Shown: positions 29,801 through 38,810 of the stretch, one piece after another | How the letters are laid out: every line of letters begins with the position of its first letter | Position numbering within the stretch: the first letter of the stretch is position 1 | From: an uncultured Bdellovibrionales bacterium | GTDB taxonomy: Bacteria; Patescibacteriota; Minisyncoccia; Moranbacterales; DUUL01 | Assembly: GCA_964421125.1 (NCBI GenBank) | Contig: CAYQVD010000004.1 | Coordinates: 930 to 64,929 of the forward strand | Direction of reading: 5' to 3' | DNA: 64,000 nt | The notes under the pieces: model-generated | The model's database searches: none | What the model saw: only the letters and a program-made list of their open reading frames with translations | Told to the model about the DNA's origin: nothing | Program-made: the position numbers and the translations under genes

Positions 29801-30721
29801 ATTTGTAATGATGGATTCTATAGTCTTCTTTGCCCGGTTTATCCTTTTCAGTTATTAGCAGCTAAAGTGGCTCATGATGACGATGAAAAAATTCATGGTT
29901 ATTTTTGGGAGATAGACGGAGAAAGAATCGATGCTCCTCAGAATTGTGAAGGAGATGGCTGTAATCAGGACAAGGAGGATGCTTTAATTTATTTTCCAAT
30001 AACAAGAGCTTTTGAAGATATACAGGAAATAACATTAAATGTTCAAGTAGAAAAGACGTTTAATTCAGGAAAGGAGAGTGTAATTAAAAACTTAACTACA
30101 ACGAGATATATTTCAGTTAAGAATCCAATGGCTTTTATTAAATCAGAACCTCCTTATTCAGCTTGGAGTAGGGTTGAAAGAGATCCTGATTATAGTGGAG
30201 ATTATGTAAATATCTTTTATACTAATCCGGGCAAAAGAGTTGAATTTCGAGCTGATTTAGTCCCTTCTTATCTTGATCTAAATAATGATGAAGTTAGTTT
30301 AATATGGTCTCTGAATGGAAAAAAGGTTGATGAATATTTTATTGAGAATAATCCAGAGTTAGATGTTTTTGTTAATGAAGATAAAATTTCTTTTATTATA
30401 CCTAGTGTTGATTTTAAAGGAATGACGTTAGGAGTTAATGTAATTAAGCAACTTTCTAATAATGAAGATATAACTACTGCGTGGGGGGTCAATATTGGAA
30501 AAGATAAGTTAGAGGATTTTTCTTCTATTTCAATTAGGCCAGATTTATCAGCTTTAAATATAACTGGAGATATTGGTTCAGTGAAAATGTTTTTTGCTTC
30601 TACTGTTAAAAATGCACCGGAATATATTTTGTTTTCTTTGAAATTATCAGTGATTATTATGTTGATATGGGGTGCGTTATTTGGGTCAACAATTTTCTTG
30701 AATACTTATAAAAAAGATTAA
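26825..30721 (+). CDS. Giant (1298 aa) secreted acidic surface protein with a C-terminal TM anchor and TSP3-like Ca-binding motifs
   Basis: Signal peptide, NPNSADTDGDGFVDEADLAGV, many Cys residues, Asp/Glu-rich, C-terminal hydrophobic segment ...LKLSVIIMLIWGALFG. Confidence 0.7.
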   Translation: MKTKIKKILSIFLVIFLFIPYISLAESFGISGGNLDSLGTLGSVGSLGSLLGISSVSEFVTQGSATVEDRYGFDKNMMRRAQQKEDVPTAEINFSNTSPEEGDFVSATAYSQRFKNVAEDLYYTWYIVHVDQKGDYVDSSGNKIIKDCDEEEDKEECKEWNESAVIEKGKVEAMGRIARGDFDPALFGVDYDAIVNQGVNNDGTVYIDDDDGFYTPFGGREGVGGRDGDRDEIGGIGSYETEDENMKDKKRGIVRGDRITRCYRHNFGNVSGGVEDVDSGKDLIVECKHKFADPDYLEDYSGYKEMGDTIKKYTISCVNPGKIGDNKFDEEDEACWRLNPNSADTDGDGFVDEADLAGVGQSTFSWRYKEGDRVGVIIEGTSMTAINDDGSIPDEESDYKDEIAETAGIQEEENTLYIGGGFIEKASLVVAIREIFNREFDSASWNSANDETNIEDLIEAIDSAGVTKTGGIINAEELEEALHDGKTISSLQREFSNNHMEVDDYMNDDYIEITGQFSAKDLFLTLAGYFRINQYELRDIIMDQSLGVQLEIAEKIIPRLYNMYDWTLMTEAEALQTLEDDVWYCNSCGGPYEITSFLFEYWSGTDKNDPEEYYELTQEDINGWYFNELVLGDAGYNPLITTPQYPYAVSIPVDSVYHFFEDGINMFSTSLVQTSSEVETTLEDGLHAAFISSSSGSSQDDLEDDLAEFDSKSASSAYYKIMWAGLGICSKENDEDDEGGLDGNECAKNPEDYYENKNYEDYDMDENPEDGSKYDPTEYGFNYLETRPVLLKEAETLKTALIYSPRNPLYDDLNPFLSDTITIYSQLEDATVDSNFVHYDWEIYKCSSLNDDTCTESDANWLTKKCAGSTGKVLGLSLEECTEKSTGTIENVTMFTSDSLASGMGVSSISFTPNGYYSNEYETGNLLTDDSEGKLFFKIALKTKELNSSDTMALSTTMIQVDKKDLKIEFYKTRKNSDGEFTYLDEKEAEMEICNDGFYSLLCPVYPFQLLAAKVAHDDDEKIHGYFWEIDGERIDAPQNCEGDGCNQDKEDALIYFPITRAFEDIQEITLNVQVEKTFNSGKESVIKNLTTTRYISVKNPMAFIKSEPPYSAWSRVERDPDYSGDYVNIFYTNPGKRVEFRADLVPSYLDLNNDEVSLIWSLNGKKVDEYFIENNPELDVFVNEDKISFIIPSVDFKGMTLGVNVIKQLSNNEDITTAWGVNIGKDKLEDFSSISIRPDLSALNITGDIGSVKMFFASTVKNAPEYILFSLKLSVIIMLIWGALFGSTIFLNTYKKD

Positions 30722-30757
30722 TAAAAAATGAGAAATATTTTATACTAGTTTTAATTT

Positions 30758-31876
30758 ATGACAAAAAAAATTTTTATTATTTCTTCTATTCTTTTTTTAA
30801 TTGCTGGGATTTATTTATTTGTTCAGTTTTTTTTGTTTCAAGAGAAGCCTATTATTCATGAGAATAAAACAAAGGATGATTTAAGCGTATTAAGCAATAA
30901 AGAAAATAGTCTTGATAAAAAGATAGAGAGAGTTATTAAAGAGGAGGTAGTAACTCCCTTAATGGATGTTTCTGGTAATAAAATTTTATACTTTAATCAA
31001 GGTAATTTTCTTTTATCAAACTTGAAAGGTACTGTAAAGTCATCAATAGGTGCCTATCCATTTAATGTGTTGGAAGAAATAAAATGGTCTTCAGATAATA
31101 ATCAGGCAATTATCAAAGATGCTGATAAATATTACATTTTTGATATTAGCAGTTTAGACGCAAAACCTTTTAAGTCAGATGCAGATAATCTTATTTGGGG
31201 AAGTAAAAAAGACCAGGTTATTTATAAGTTTTATGACTCAAATTCTCAGAAGCGATCATTAAATATTGCTGATTCAAGTGGGGCAAGTTGGGAAGAGATT
31301 ACAGAAATTCCTTTTCGTTATGCTGAAATAGAAGTAAATTCAAAAGATAAAAAAGTGGCTCTTTTTTCTTTGCCGAAAGCTTCTCAGGAAACACAGCTTT
31401 TTATTGTGGATTTATTAAAAAAGGAGAAAAGAGAAATTGAAAAGAAGTATAAGGGAGCAGATTATCGATGGTCACCAAATGGAGAAAAACTTCTTTTTTC
31501 TTATACAAAAGATAGCGGAAAAACTAGCTTAGCTATTTTAAATATTAATGATGAAAGTGTTTCAGAATTGAATTTTCCAGGATTAGTAGATAAGTGCGTT
31601 TGGCTAAGTGATTCAATCGGTATTTATTGTGCTAATCTTACTTATAGTGATACAGAAGTTGTTCTTCCTGACGACTGGGAGTCTGGAAAAATATCTTCAT
31701 CAGATACTTTTTGGAAAATAGATACTGTTAAGGGAGAACAAAAAAGAATTCTTGAGTTAAATGAAATAAATGAAAATGTTGATGCAACTTCTTTGTTTAT
31801 GGATAAAGATGAAAAGATTCTGTTTTTTGTAGATAAAAAAACTAATAATTTATTTAGAATTAAACTAGAAAACTAG
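30758..31876 (+). CDS. N-terminally anchored TolB-like/PD40 beta-propeller-like protein
   Basis: N-terminal TM segment; ...YRWSPNGEKLLFSYTKDSGKTSLAILNIND... is PD40-like. Confidence 0.5.
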   Translation: MTKKIFIISSILFLIAGIYLFVQFFLFQEKPIIHENKTKDDLSVLSNKENSLDKKIERVIKEEVVTPLMDVSGNKILYFNQGNFLLSNLKGTVKSSIGAYPFNVLEEIKWSSDNNQAIIKDADKYYIFDISSLDAKPFKSDADNLIWGSKKDQVIYKFYDSNSQKRSLNIADSSGASWEEITEIPFRYAEIEVNSKDKKVALFSLPKASQETQLFIVDLLKKEKREIEKKYKGADYRWSPNGEKLLFSYTKDSGKTSLAILNINDESVSELNFPGLVDKCVWLSDSIGIYCANLTYSDTEVVLPDDWESGKISSSDTFWKIDTVKGEQKRILELNEINENVDATSLFMDKDEKILFFVDKKTNNLFRIKLEN

Positions 31877-31888
31877 AAAACTAGAAAA

Positions 31889-33124
31889 CTAGAAAAGTAG
31901 AAGTATAAACCAAAACAAAAGAGTAGTATCGTTGTGCCAAATTGTTGTGTCGAAAATTCCGTGGATAAGGAAATAAATTAATATAGTAAAAGCCAAGAGT
32001 ATTTCTGGCTTTTTTTGTTGTTTATTTGAAAATAGTTTTATAATAACTAAGATAAAAAAAGAGATAAAAGCGATAACTCCAAGCTCAAGATAAATATGAA
32101 GAAAATTATTATGGGCGTGAGGGACTGCCCATTGTGGATAGGGATCGAAATATTTTTGATTATTTAAGTAAAAAAATTGGAAATTTCCAGGACCGATTCC
32201 CCATGGGGAATTATTTTTAGCGATTTTTTCACTAGATTGGTAGATTGCAATTCTGGAATCAAAAGAGGATGTTTGAAGAGAGGGAATGTAGGCTAATTTA
32301 TTGGTAAAAAAAGAAGTGTTTAATATTATTAGTGTGGAAGTAAAGATTAATAATAAAATAAAAATTTTTAATGCTTTGGTTAAAATAAAGCTTTTTTTTC
32401 TTAATAGGTATAAAAAAATTATTGATATTAATATTGCAATGATTGCTCCAAATGATTTTGTAAAAATAAAACTTATTATTAAAAAAATAAGGATTAGTAT
32501 TATCAAACAGAAAGATTCTTTTTCCGATAGAAATTTTTTATTCAAGGATTTTTTGTAAAATAACATCCAAATTCCAATTATTATTGCTGGTGATAGAACC
32601 ATTGCAAGGTGATTTGGTGAATCATAAAAGAGAGATAGTCTTTTGTCAAAAGTGAGGTTATTTGTAATAATAGTTATCATTCCAAGAATTGAAATAATGC
32701 CCGTGGAGATAAGAAAACTTTTCCAAAGGTCGAAACTTTTAATGAATGCTTTGCTGATAAAAAAAGAGGTAAATATTGAAAAAATGATTGGTAGTATTAT
32801 AAAGCTTTTTATGAGTCCAAGACTATTTGTCCAGTCGGAGGCTGATAAATTAATAATCCATGCAATAATTGCACTAAATATAAATAATACTAAAAATATG
32901 AGAATTAATAAATGTTTTTTTGTCCAATAATTCCAAAAATCAGTGGTCCATTTTTTTATTATTAAAACATAAAGACTAGCAATAATAGTTCCTATCAGAA
33001 GGATATCAAGAAAGTTAATGCTGGCATTTTTAAAAATTGAAATACGCCATAAAAAAGCGAAAGAAAGTAAAAAGGGGAGGTAAAAAAAGATTTTTAAATT
33101 AAGATTTTTCATTAGGAATGGCAA
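31889..33124 (-). CDS. O-antigen-ligase-like (Wzy_C) polytopic membrane protein
   Basis: About 10 TM segments with a periplasmic loop containing ...HAHNNFLHIYLELG (the Wzy_C-like H...N.. motif). Confidence 0.5.
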   Translation of the reverse strand: MPFLMKNLNLKIFFYLPFLLSFAFLWRISIFKNASINFLDILLIGTIIASLYVLIIKKWTTDFWNYWTKKHLLILIFLVLFIFSAIIAWIINLSASDWTNSLGLIKSFIILPIIFSIFTSFFISKAFIKSFDLWKSFLISTGIISILGMITIITNNLTFDKRLSLFYDSPNHLAMVLSPAIIIGIWMLFYKKSLNKKFLSEKESFCLIILILIFLIISFIFTKSFGAIIAILISIIFLYLLRKKSFILTKALKIFILLLIFTSTLIILNTSFFTNKLAYIPSLQTSSFDSRIAIYQSSEKIAKNNSPWGIGPGNFQFFYLNNQKYFDPYPQWAVPHAHNNFLHIYLELGVIAFISFFILVIIKLFSNKQQKKPEILLAFTILIYFLIHGIFDTTIWHNDTTLLFWFILLLF

Positions 33125-34361
33125 GAAAAATTAAAATTAAGGGGAAAATTCTTATAGAATAAAAAGGTGTTTCAAAAAGGGAAAAAATAAAGAGTATAAT
33201 AAAAAAAGAGATGATTATATTATTTAAATTAGAAGCATTATTTTTTTTGTGAAGAGAGGAATGTGAAAAAACTGCAACAAAAATTAATAATAATAGAATT
33301 ATTGATAAAATGCCAATTTCTGAGCCGAAATCAAGAAAGAGATTATGAGCATAAATTGGTTCACGAAAGGATGATGATGGTTTGATGTGATAGGAAAAAT
33401 TTCCAATACCAACTCCATTCCAAGGATGTTTTTTAATTAGATCTATTGATTTTCCCCACATCTCAAGTCTTCCTTGATTTGACCCTTCGTTTAAATTGAA
33501 AGAAGAGTTAAATCTTTTGGAAACAGGATTGGGTGTTATGATTATAGCTAATATTAAAAATAATCCAAACAAATAAATCCAAATATTTTTCTTTTGCTTA
33601 ATTGCTTGGCTTAATTCTGTTATCCCGAGGATTATTAAAAATATAAGTACTGCTAGGTAACTAGATCTACTAAAGCTTAACATAATAGCGATTAACTGAA
33701 AAAGAGCAATTATTAGGTAGATTTTGTTTTTTGTTTTTTTAAAGAAGTACCAAGAGACTGGTATGGAAAGTGCGATAAAAAGACTGAAAAGATGAGGATC
33801 AGGAAATGTTCCAAAAGCTCTTAGTATTGTTTCCCCATTTATATTTACTAGCCAGCTAGAATATTGATGAACGGTTTCTGCAAAATTTTTCCCCAGAAAG
33901 AATCGACTGTTTACTTGCCATAGATTTAGTGAGGTACTTATTCCAACGATAAATTGTAATAAAAATTGAAATATTCCTAGAATTGCCTGAACAAGACTTG
34001 TTGCTAGAATTATTTTTAAAAAAGCGTTTTTTGAGAGATTTTTTTTAAATAAATCAAAAGCTACAAGATAAACTGGAAAGATGGAAAAAATAAAAAGAAT
34101 TTTTCTCCAAGCCCTTTGTTGTTCTGTAGCCCAGAAAATAGAAAGGAAAATAAGTGTTAAAAAAAGAATAAGGAATAAAAATCGAGGTCTAGTATCAATA
34201 AATATTTTTTTATAAAAGAAGGATTCTCCTATCCAAATTAAAAAAAGAATAGGAATAATAACTCTAATTAGACTTAGATCAATCCCGGAAACAGGATTAA
34301 TGGCAAAGCTAAAGGGAAGAACGACTATAGTAACTAGAAAGATTATTTTAGATATTCTCAT
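33099..34361 (-). CDS. O-antigen-ligase-like polytopic membrane protein (second copy)
   Basis: ...YAHNLFLDFGSEIG loop motif; about 10 TM segments. Confidence 0.5.
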   Translation of the reverse strand: MRISKIIFLVTIVVLPFSFAINPVSGIDLSLIRVIIPILFLIWIGESFFYKKIFIDTRPRFLFLILFLTLIFLSIFWATEQQRAWRKILFIFSIFPVYLVAFDLFKKNLSKNAFLKIILATSLVQAILGIFQFLLQFIVGISTSLNLWQVNSRFFLGKNFAETVHQYSSWLVNINGETILRAFGTFPDPHLFSLFIALSIPVSWYFFKKTKNKIYLIIALFQLIAIMLSFSRSSYLAVLIFLIILGITELSQAIKQKKNIWIYLFGLFLILAIIITPNPVSKRFNSSFNLNEGSNQGRLEMWGKSIDLIKKHPWNGVGIGNFSYHIKPSSSFREPIYAHNLFLDFGSEIGILSIILLLLIFVAVFSHSSLHKKNNASNLNNIIISFFIILFIFSLFETPFYSIRIFPLILIFLAIPNEKS

Positions 34362-34365
34362 TTTA

Positions 34366-35130
34366 TTAATGGCCTTTAGTGATTTTTCTGATTATTCTTA
34401 ATAAATATTGTTGAAATAAATTATGATGTTTTTGAAAAAAAAGATCTTGTGACTTATAATAGTGATTTTTCTGACCTTTTTTATTATTCCAGCTTTTTCC
34501 GTCGTGATGAAGAACTTTGAAATCAGGATAAAAAAGAATTTTTTTATTCTGTTCTTTAATTCTTAAACAAAGATCTTGATCTTCAAAATACATAAAAAAG
34601 GTTTCATCAAATCCTCCTACTTTAATAAATTGTTTTCTTGAAATTAAAAGTGTTGTTCCAGAAACCCAGTCGACGCTGACGGGGTTTTTTTTATTCCAAG
34701 ATTTTTTAATTGTGTTGCGAAAAAGAATTTGTGAAAGAGAGGTTTTTTTGCCACTAGTCCAGGGTTGAGCTCTTTTTGTAGAATTTTGAATTATTTGTGG
34801 TCCTATTGTAGCAATTTTTTTATTTTTTTGAAGAAATTTAATTGCTTTTTCTAGTGAATTATCAATAAATTCAAGATCAGGATTAACAAATAGAAGCCAT
34901 TCTTTTTTGGCATTATGAGCGCCGACATTACTAGCTGCCCCGAATCCAATATTTTCCCCTTTATGGATAATATTAGTTCGAACCAAATGATTATCTATTT
35001 TAAGTCTCTTTTTATCGTTATTTACAATGATTAATTCGATTTTATTTGTATCGAGATGTTTTTTAATAGAAGTGATAAGTTTTTCCAAATAGTTTTTGCT
35101 ATTGTAGTTGACTGTAATAATAGATATCAT
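34366..35130 (-). CDS. Family 2 glycosyltransferase
   Basis: MISIITVNYNSKNYLEKLI..., the DxD-like ...NPDLEFID, and ...FYPDFKVLHH. Confidence 0.75.
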   Translation of the reverse strand: MISIITVNYNSKNYLEKLITSIKKHLDTNKIELIIVNNDKKRLKIDNHLVRTNIIHKGENIGFGAASNVGAHNAKKEWLLFVNPDLEFIDNSLEKAIKFLQKNKKIATIGPQIIQNSTKRAQPWTSGKKTSLSQILFRNTIKKSWNKKNPVSVDWVSGTTLLISRKQFIKVGGFDETFFMYFEDQDLCLRIKEQNKKILFYPDFKVLHHDGKSWNNKKGQKNHYYKSQDLFFQKHHNLFQQYLLRIIRKITKGH

Positions 35131-35258
35131 GAAAATTGTATTATTTATTCCTATATATTAGTTTACTAGTAAACTAGCTTATTTTCAAATAATATATATT
35201 TATATTGAGAAAAAAAAGAATACATGTTAAAATAAAAAAAATAATTTAATTAAAAATT

Positions 35259-35981
35259 ATGCCAAAAAAGAAGATAAAGATAAAAATAAATCACGACACT
35301 CTTTTTTCTGATGTAACAAAAAAACAAAAAGATGATGCGGTTGAGACTATTATTGAAGCCTCTTGTCCGCGAAAGAGTTTTTTCGTTATGACAACAATTT
35401 CTGCGATTATTTGTACTTTAGGGATTATGACAAATAATGCAGCAATAATAATTGGAGCAATGTTGGTGGCTCCAATGCTTTCTTCAATATTAGCTATTTC
35501 CCTGGGAGTGGGGATGGGAGATTTTAAATTGATATATCGATCATTAAATGTGATTTTAAAGGCAGTTGTTCTCGCGATAGGATTTTCTTTTTTAATCTCT
35601 CTAATGTTGGATAAACCAGCGGAATTTAATCATGAAATGTTGCTTCGAATTAAGGTGTCTACAGAAACACTAATAATTGCTCTTGTAGCAGGTATAGCAG
35701 CTTCTCTTTCTATGATTAGACATGAACTTCGACAATATCTTGCAGGAACAGTTATTGCTGTAGCGTTGATTCCACCTCTTTCAATGAGTGCAATTGCCTT
35801 ACGAATGTTTGAATTTCAAGTGTTTTATAATTCCCTAATGGTTTTCGTTTTTAATCTCATTGGGATTGTTCTTTCTTCATTGCTTGTCTTTTCGTTGACT
35901 AAGTTCTACACTTCTCAGGATAAGGTTGTGGAGGAATTGAAAGAAGAGGGAGATTTACTAGGAAAAGAAGAGAACGTGTAA
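35259..35981 (+). CDS. DUF389-family membrane protein
   Basis: ...IIGAMLVAPMLSSILAISLG... hydrophobic core typical of DUF389. Confidence 0.5.
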   Translation: MPKKKIKIKINHDTLFSDVTKKQKDDAVETIIEASCPRKSFFVMTTISAIICTLGIMTNNAAIIIGAMLVAPMLSSILAISLGVGMGDFKLIYRSLNVILKAVVLAIGFSFLISLMLDKPAEFNHEMLLRIKVSTETLIIALVAGIAASLSMIRHELRQYLAGTVIAVALIPPLSMSAIALRMFEFQVFYNSLMVFVFNLIGIVLSSLLVFSLTKFYTSQDKVVEELKEEGDLLGKEENV

Positions 35982-35998
35982 AAAGGGAAAATAATTTT

Positions 35999-37444
35999 AT
36001 GAAGAAAAGAAGATATTTTACTACCACATTGCCATATGTAAATGCTCATCCTCACATTGGGCATGCAAGAGAATTCGTCCAAACGGATGTTTTTTGTCGT
36101 TTTTATCAAGAAAGGGGATTTGAGACTTTTTTAAATACAGGAACAGATGAGCATGGCCTAAAGATTTATCGAAAGGCTCAAGAAGAGGGCTTAGATGTTA
36201 AGGACTATGGAAGAATTCAATCACAGTACTTTATTAATCTAGCTGAAAGTCTCAATATGAAATGTGATGCATTTATTAGAACGTCTGATGAAAAACACAC
36301 TAAAGCAGTTCAGGAATTTTGGGAAAGATGTGATGATAATGGGTATATTTACAAAAAGGAATATAAAGTTAAATATTGTGTTGGTTGTGAGTTGGAGAAA
36401 ACTGATTCTGAGTTAGTTGATGGATTTTGTCCGGATCATCCAGGTCAGGAGATAGAAATTATTGAAGAAGAAAACTACTTCTTTAAATTTTCAGCATTTG
36501 AAAAAAAATTATTGGATTTTTATAAAGAAAATCCTGATTTTGTTAAACCAGAAAAGAGATTTAGAGAGATTATTTCTTTTGTTGAAGGAGGACTTAAGGA
36601 TTTTAGTATTTCTCGTGTGAAAGAAAAGATGCCTTGGGGAATTGAGGTTCCAGGAGATTCAGGTCAGGTTATGTATGTTTGGTTTGATGCATTGGTAAAT
36701 TATATTTCAACAATTGATTGGCCTCAGGATCAAGAAAATTTTGAGAAATGGTGGCCAGCAACTCAATTCTGTGGAAAAGATAATCTTCGTCAACAAACTG
36801 CAATGTGGCAGGCAATGTTGATGGCGGCCGATTTACCTGAGTCTAAAAAGATTTATGTAAATGGCTTTGTGAATGTAGATGGTAAAAAGATGAGTAAATC
36901 AATTGGAAATGTAATAGATCCTACTGATATGATTGAGAAATTTGGAACGGATGCTACGAGATATTTACTAGTTTCAATTGGGAGTTTTGGAGAGGATTCT
37001 GATACGAGCTGGGAAAAGTTAACTGAAAAATATAATGCAGATCTTGCAAATGGTATTGGAAATCTAGTTTCTAGAATTGTAACTTTGTATCAAAAAACTG
37101 AGAACAATCTTCTTAATGAAGAAGATGTTTTATTGAGAATAAAAGATCAATCTAAAGATGAGATCATCAAATTATTAGAAGAAGGGAAATTAGAAAATAT
37201 TCTTACTTCAATTAGAATTAGAATTGCTTATTTAGACGGAAAAATTGAAAAAACAAAGCCTTGGGAGTTGATAAAGACTGATATCGAGCTTTTTGAAAAA
37301 GAAATGACAGAATTAATAAATGTTTTATATGAAATTGCTCTAATGATAAAACCTTTTATGCCAGAAACTTCAGAAAAAATTCAAAAAAGCTTAAAGGATA
37401 AAGAAAAAGTAAATTTATTTCCTCGATTTGTAGTGAAAAATTAA
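35999..37444 (+). CDS. metG: Methionyl-tRNA synthetase (short form)
   Basis: HIGH motif NAHPHIGHA, KMSKS motif KMSKSIGN, and Cys knuckles CVGCELE / CPDHPG. Confidence 0.9.
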   Translation: MKKRRYFTTTLPYVNAHPHIGHAREFVQTDVFCRFYQERGFETFLNTGTDEHGLKIYRKAQEEGLDVKDYGRIQSQYFINLAESLNMKCDAFIRTSDEKHTKAVQEFWERCDDNGYIYKKEYKVKYCVGCELEKTDSELVDGFCPDHPGQEIEIIEEENYFFKFSAFEKKLLDFYKENPDFVKPEKRFREIISFVEGGLKDFSISRVKEKMPWGIEVPGDSGQVMYVWFDALVNYISTIDWPQDQENFEKWWPATQFCGKDNLRQQTAMWQAMLMAADLPESKKIYVNGFVNVDGKKMSKSIGNVIDPTDMIEKFGTDATRYLLVSIGSFGEDSDTSWEKLTEKYNADLANGIGNLVSRIVTLYQKTENNLLNEEDVLLRIKDQSKDEIIKLLEEGKLENILTSIRIRIAYLDGKIEKTKPWELIKTDIELFEKEMTELINVLYEIALMIKPFMPETSEKIQKSLKDKEKVNLFPRFVVKN

Positions 37445-37534
37445 TAAACATTCATTTTACTTGAAACAGTTCCTGTAACTAGTAGTCGTAAGGACGGACG
37501 TAAGTACGTACGTCATTACGAAATAAAATTTAAA

Positions 37535-38689
37535 ATGAAAAAACAAAATAGAAAAAGACAAAACTTGTTTTTACTAAGACTACGACAGACAAAACAATTC
37601 AAAACAATTCTCATTCTAATAATATTTTTTAGTTTTTTTGGGTTGGTGAAAAGTTCTAATGCGGTTTGTCCTGATCCGTATCCAGACGGAATGATATTTT
37701 GTGACGACTACGAAGACTGGGTCTGGGAAGAAATGCTTAATCCTGACACCGGAGAAGAAACAGGAGAATATACATGGGTTCACAATAAATATTATTCAAC
37801 ATCGTATGCAGAGTGGTACGGCAGTTTTCAGGCACACAATTTTAGATCAACAGATGCTTATAGCGGAGAATATTCTTTTAATAAAGATTTTCATAGACCG
37901 TATTATCATGCAACAACTATAGGTTTAACTGGACTGGGATATGGAAACACTGAAAACTTCAATCTAGCAGACGCGATGGATGGAGAAACCCAAGCATATT
38001 TCAAATGGCAACAAAAATTCGAAGAAGATATTGATTGGAGTGCAGGTTCTCAGCATAAATTATTATATATCAATTATCAGAATCAGGGTGATTTTGTATA
38101 TGTAATAAACATCGGTGGACCTAATAGTTTCCATGTAACTGTTAGTCCTCAAACACCTTATGAGGCAACTCTCTCTCATTACGCACATTATGATTATTCA
38201 GACTCACTTGATGATGACCAATGGCACACATATGAAGTGTATTTGGATTGGACAAGTACAGAAGTCCCTGTTATGTATTTTAGTAATGGCAATGTAGAAC
38301 CTGAGGTATCAGATGGATTCCATGGCAATTATATTCAAGGAATGACCTCAGGTGCTAGAGGATATATTCAAAACATAGATGTCACATCAGGAAGCTTTGC
38401 GGGAGGTGATGCTATGGGAACATTTCAGCTTCTTTCGGTTACAGGTGAATTTGAAGATGGTGAATCCATGCTAAATAATGGGCTAGGTGTCGATAATTTT
38501 GCGACAGTCGTTCATTCCCCAATAAATAGCGGAACCTGTTGGGCAAAAATTGATGGGAATATATTATCAAGTAGCATCGGCAGTTGCTATATAAGAGATT
38601 CAGATGAACCTGGAGATGACTTGGTTAAATTTTCTTTTCCTGCTAATTGCCCTCCTGCTGGAGAAAAACCAGGAATCGCAAATGAATAG
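37535..38689 (+). CDS. Secreted hypothetical protein
   Basis: Signal peptide; no recognisable domain. Confidence 0.5.
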   Translation: MKKQNRKRQNLFLLRLRQTKQFKTILILIIFFSFFGLVKSSNAVCPDPYPDGMIFCDDYEDWVWEEMLNPDTGEETGEYTWVHNKYYSTSYAEWYGSFQAHNFRSTDAYSGEYSFNKDFHRPYYHATTIGLTGLGYGNTENFNLADAMDGETQAYFKWQQKFEEDIDWSAGSQHKLLYINYQNQGDFVYVINIGGPNSFHVTVSPQTPYEATLSHYAHYDYSDSLDDDQWHTYEVYLDWTSTEVPVMYFSNGNVEPEVSDGFHGNYIQGMTSGARGYIQNIDVTSGSFAGGDAMGTFQLLSVTGEFEDGESMLNNGLGVDNFATVVHSPINSGTCWAKIDGNILSSSIGSCYIRDSDEPGDDLVKFSFPANCPPAGEKPGIANE

Positions 38690-38810
38690 GTGGATGACTT
38701 GGAAGTCTGGAACGAGCTTCCTGATTCTGACACCACTCCATCATCATATCCAACAAATTTGATTGTTAATTAATTTAGATTTATAAATTAAGATTTTTAA
38801 TAAAAAATAA

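Noticed and set aside
31866-31897. (CTAGAAAA)x4 octanucleotide microsatellite spanning the stop codons of two convergent genes; considered as a slipped-strand phase-variation site
   Set aside because: Both genes meet their stop codon in the first repeat unit they enter, so copy-number changes would not alter either protein. It is more likely a simple repeat or terminator-poor junction.
35131-35258. Perfect palindrome TAGTTTACTAGTAAACTA (about 35150) and CAAACTTTATAAAGTTTG (about 4811) as operators
   Set aside because: They are single occurrences in very AT-rich intergenic DNA, where such palindromes arise frequently by chance. Nothing recurs to support them.
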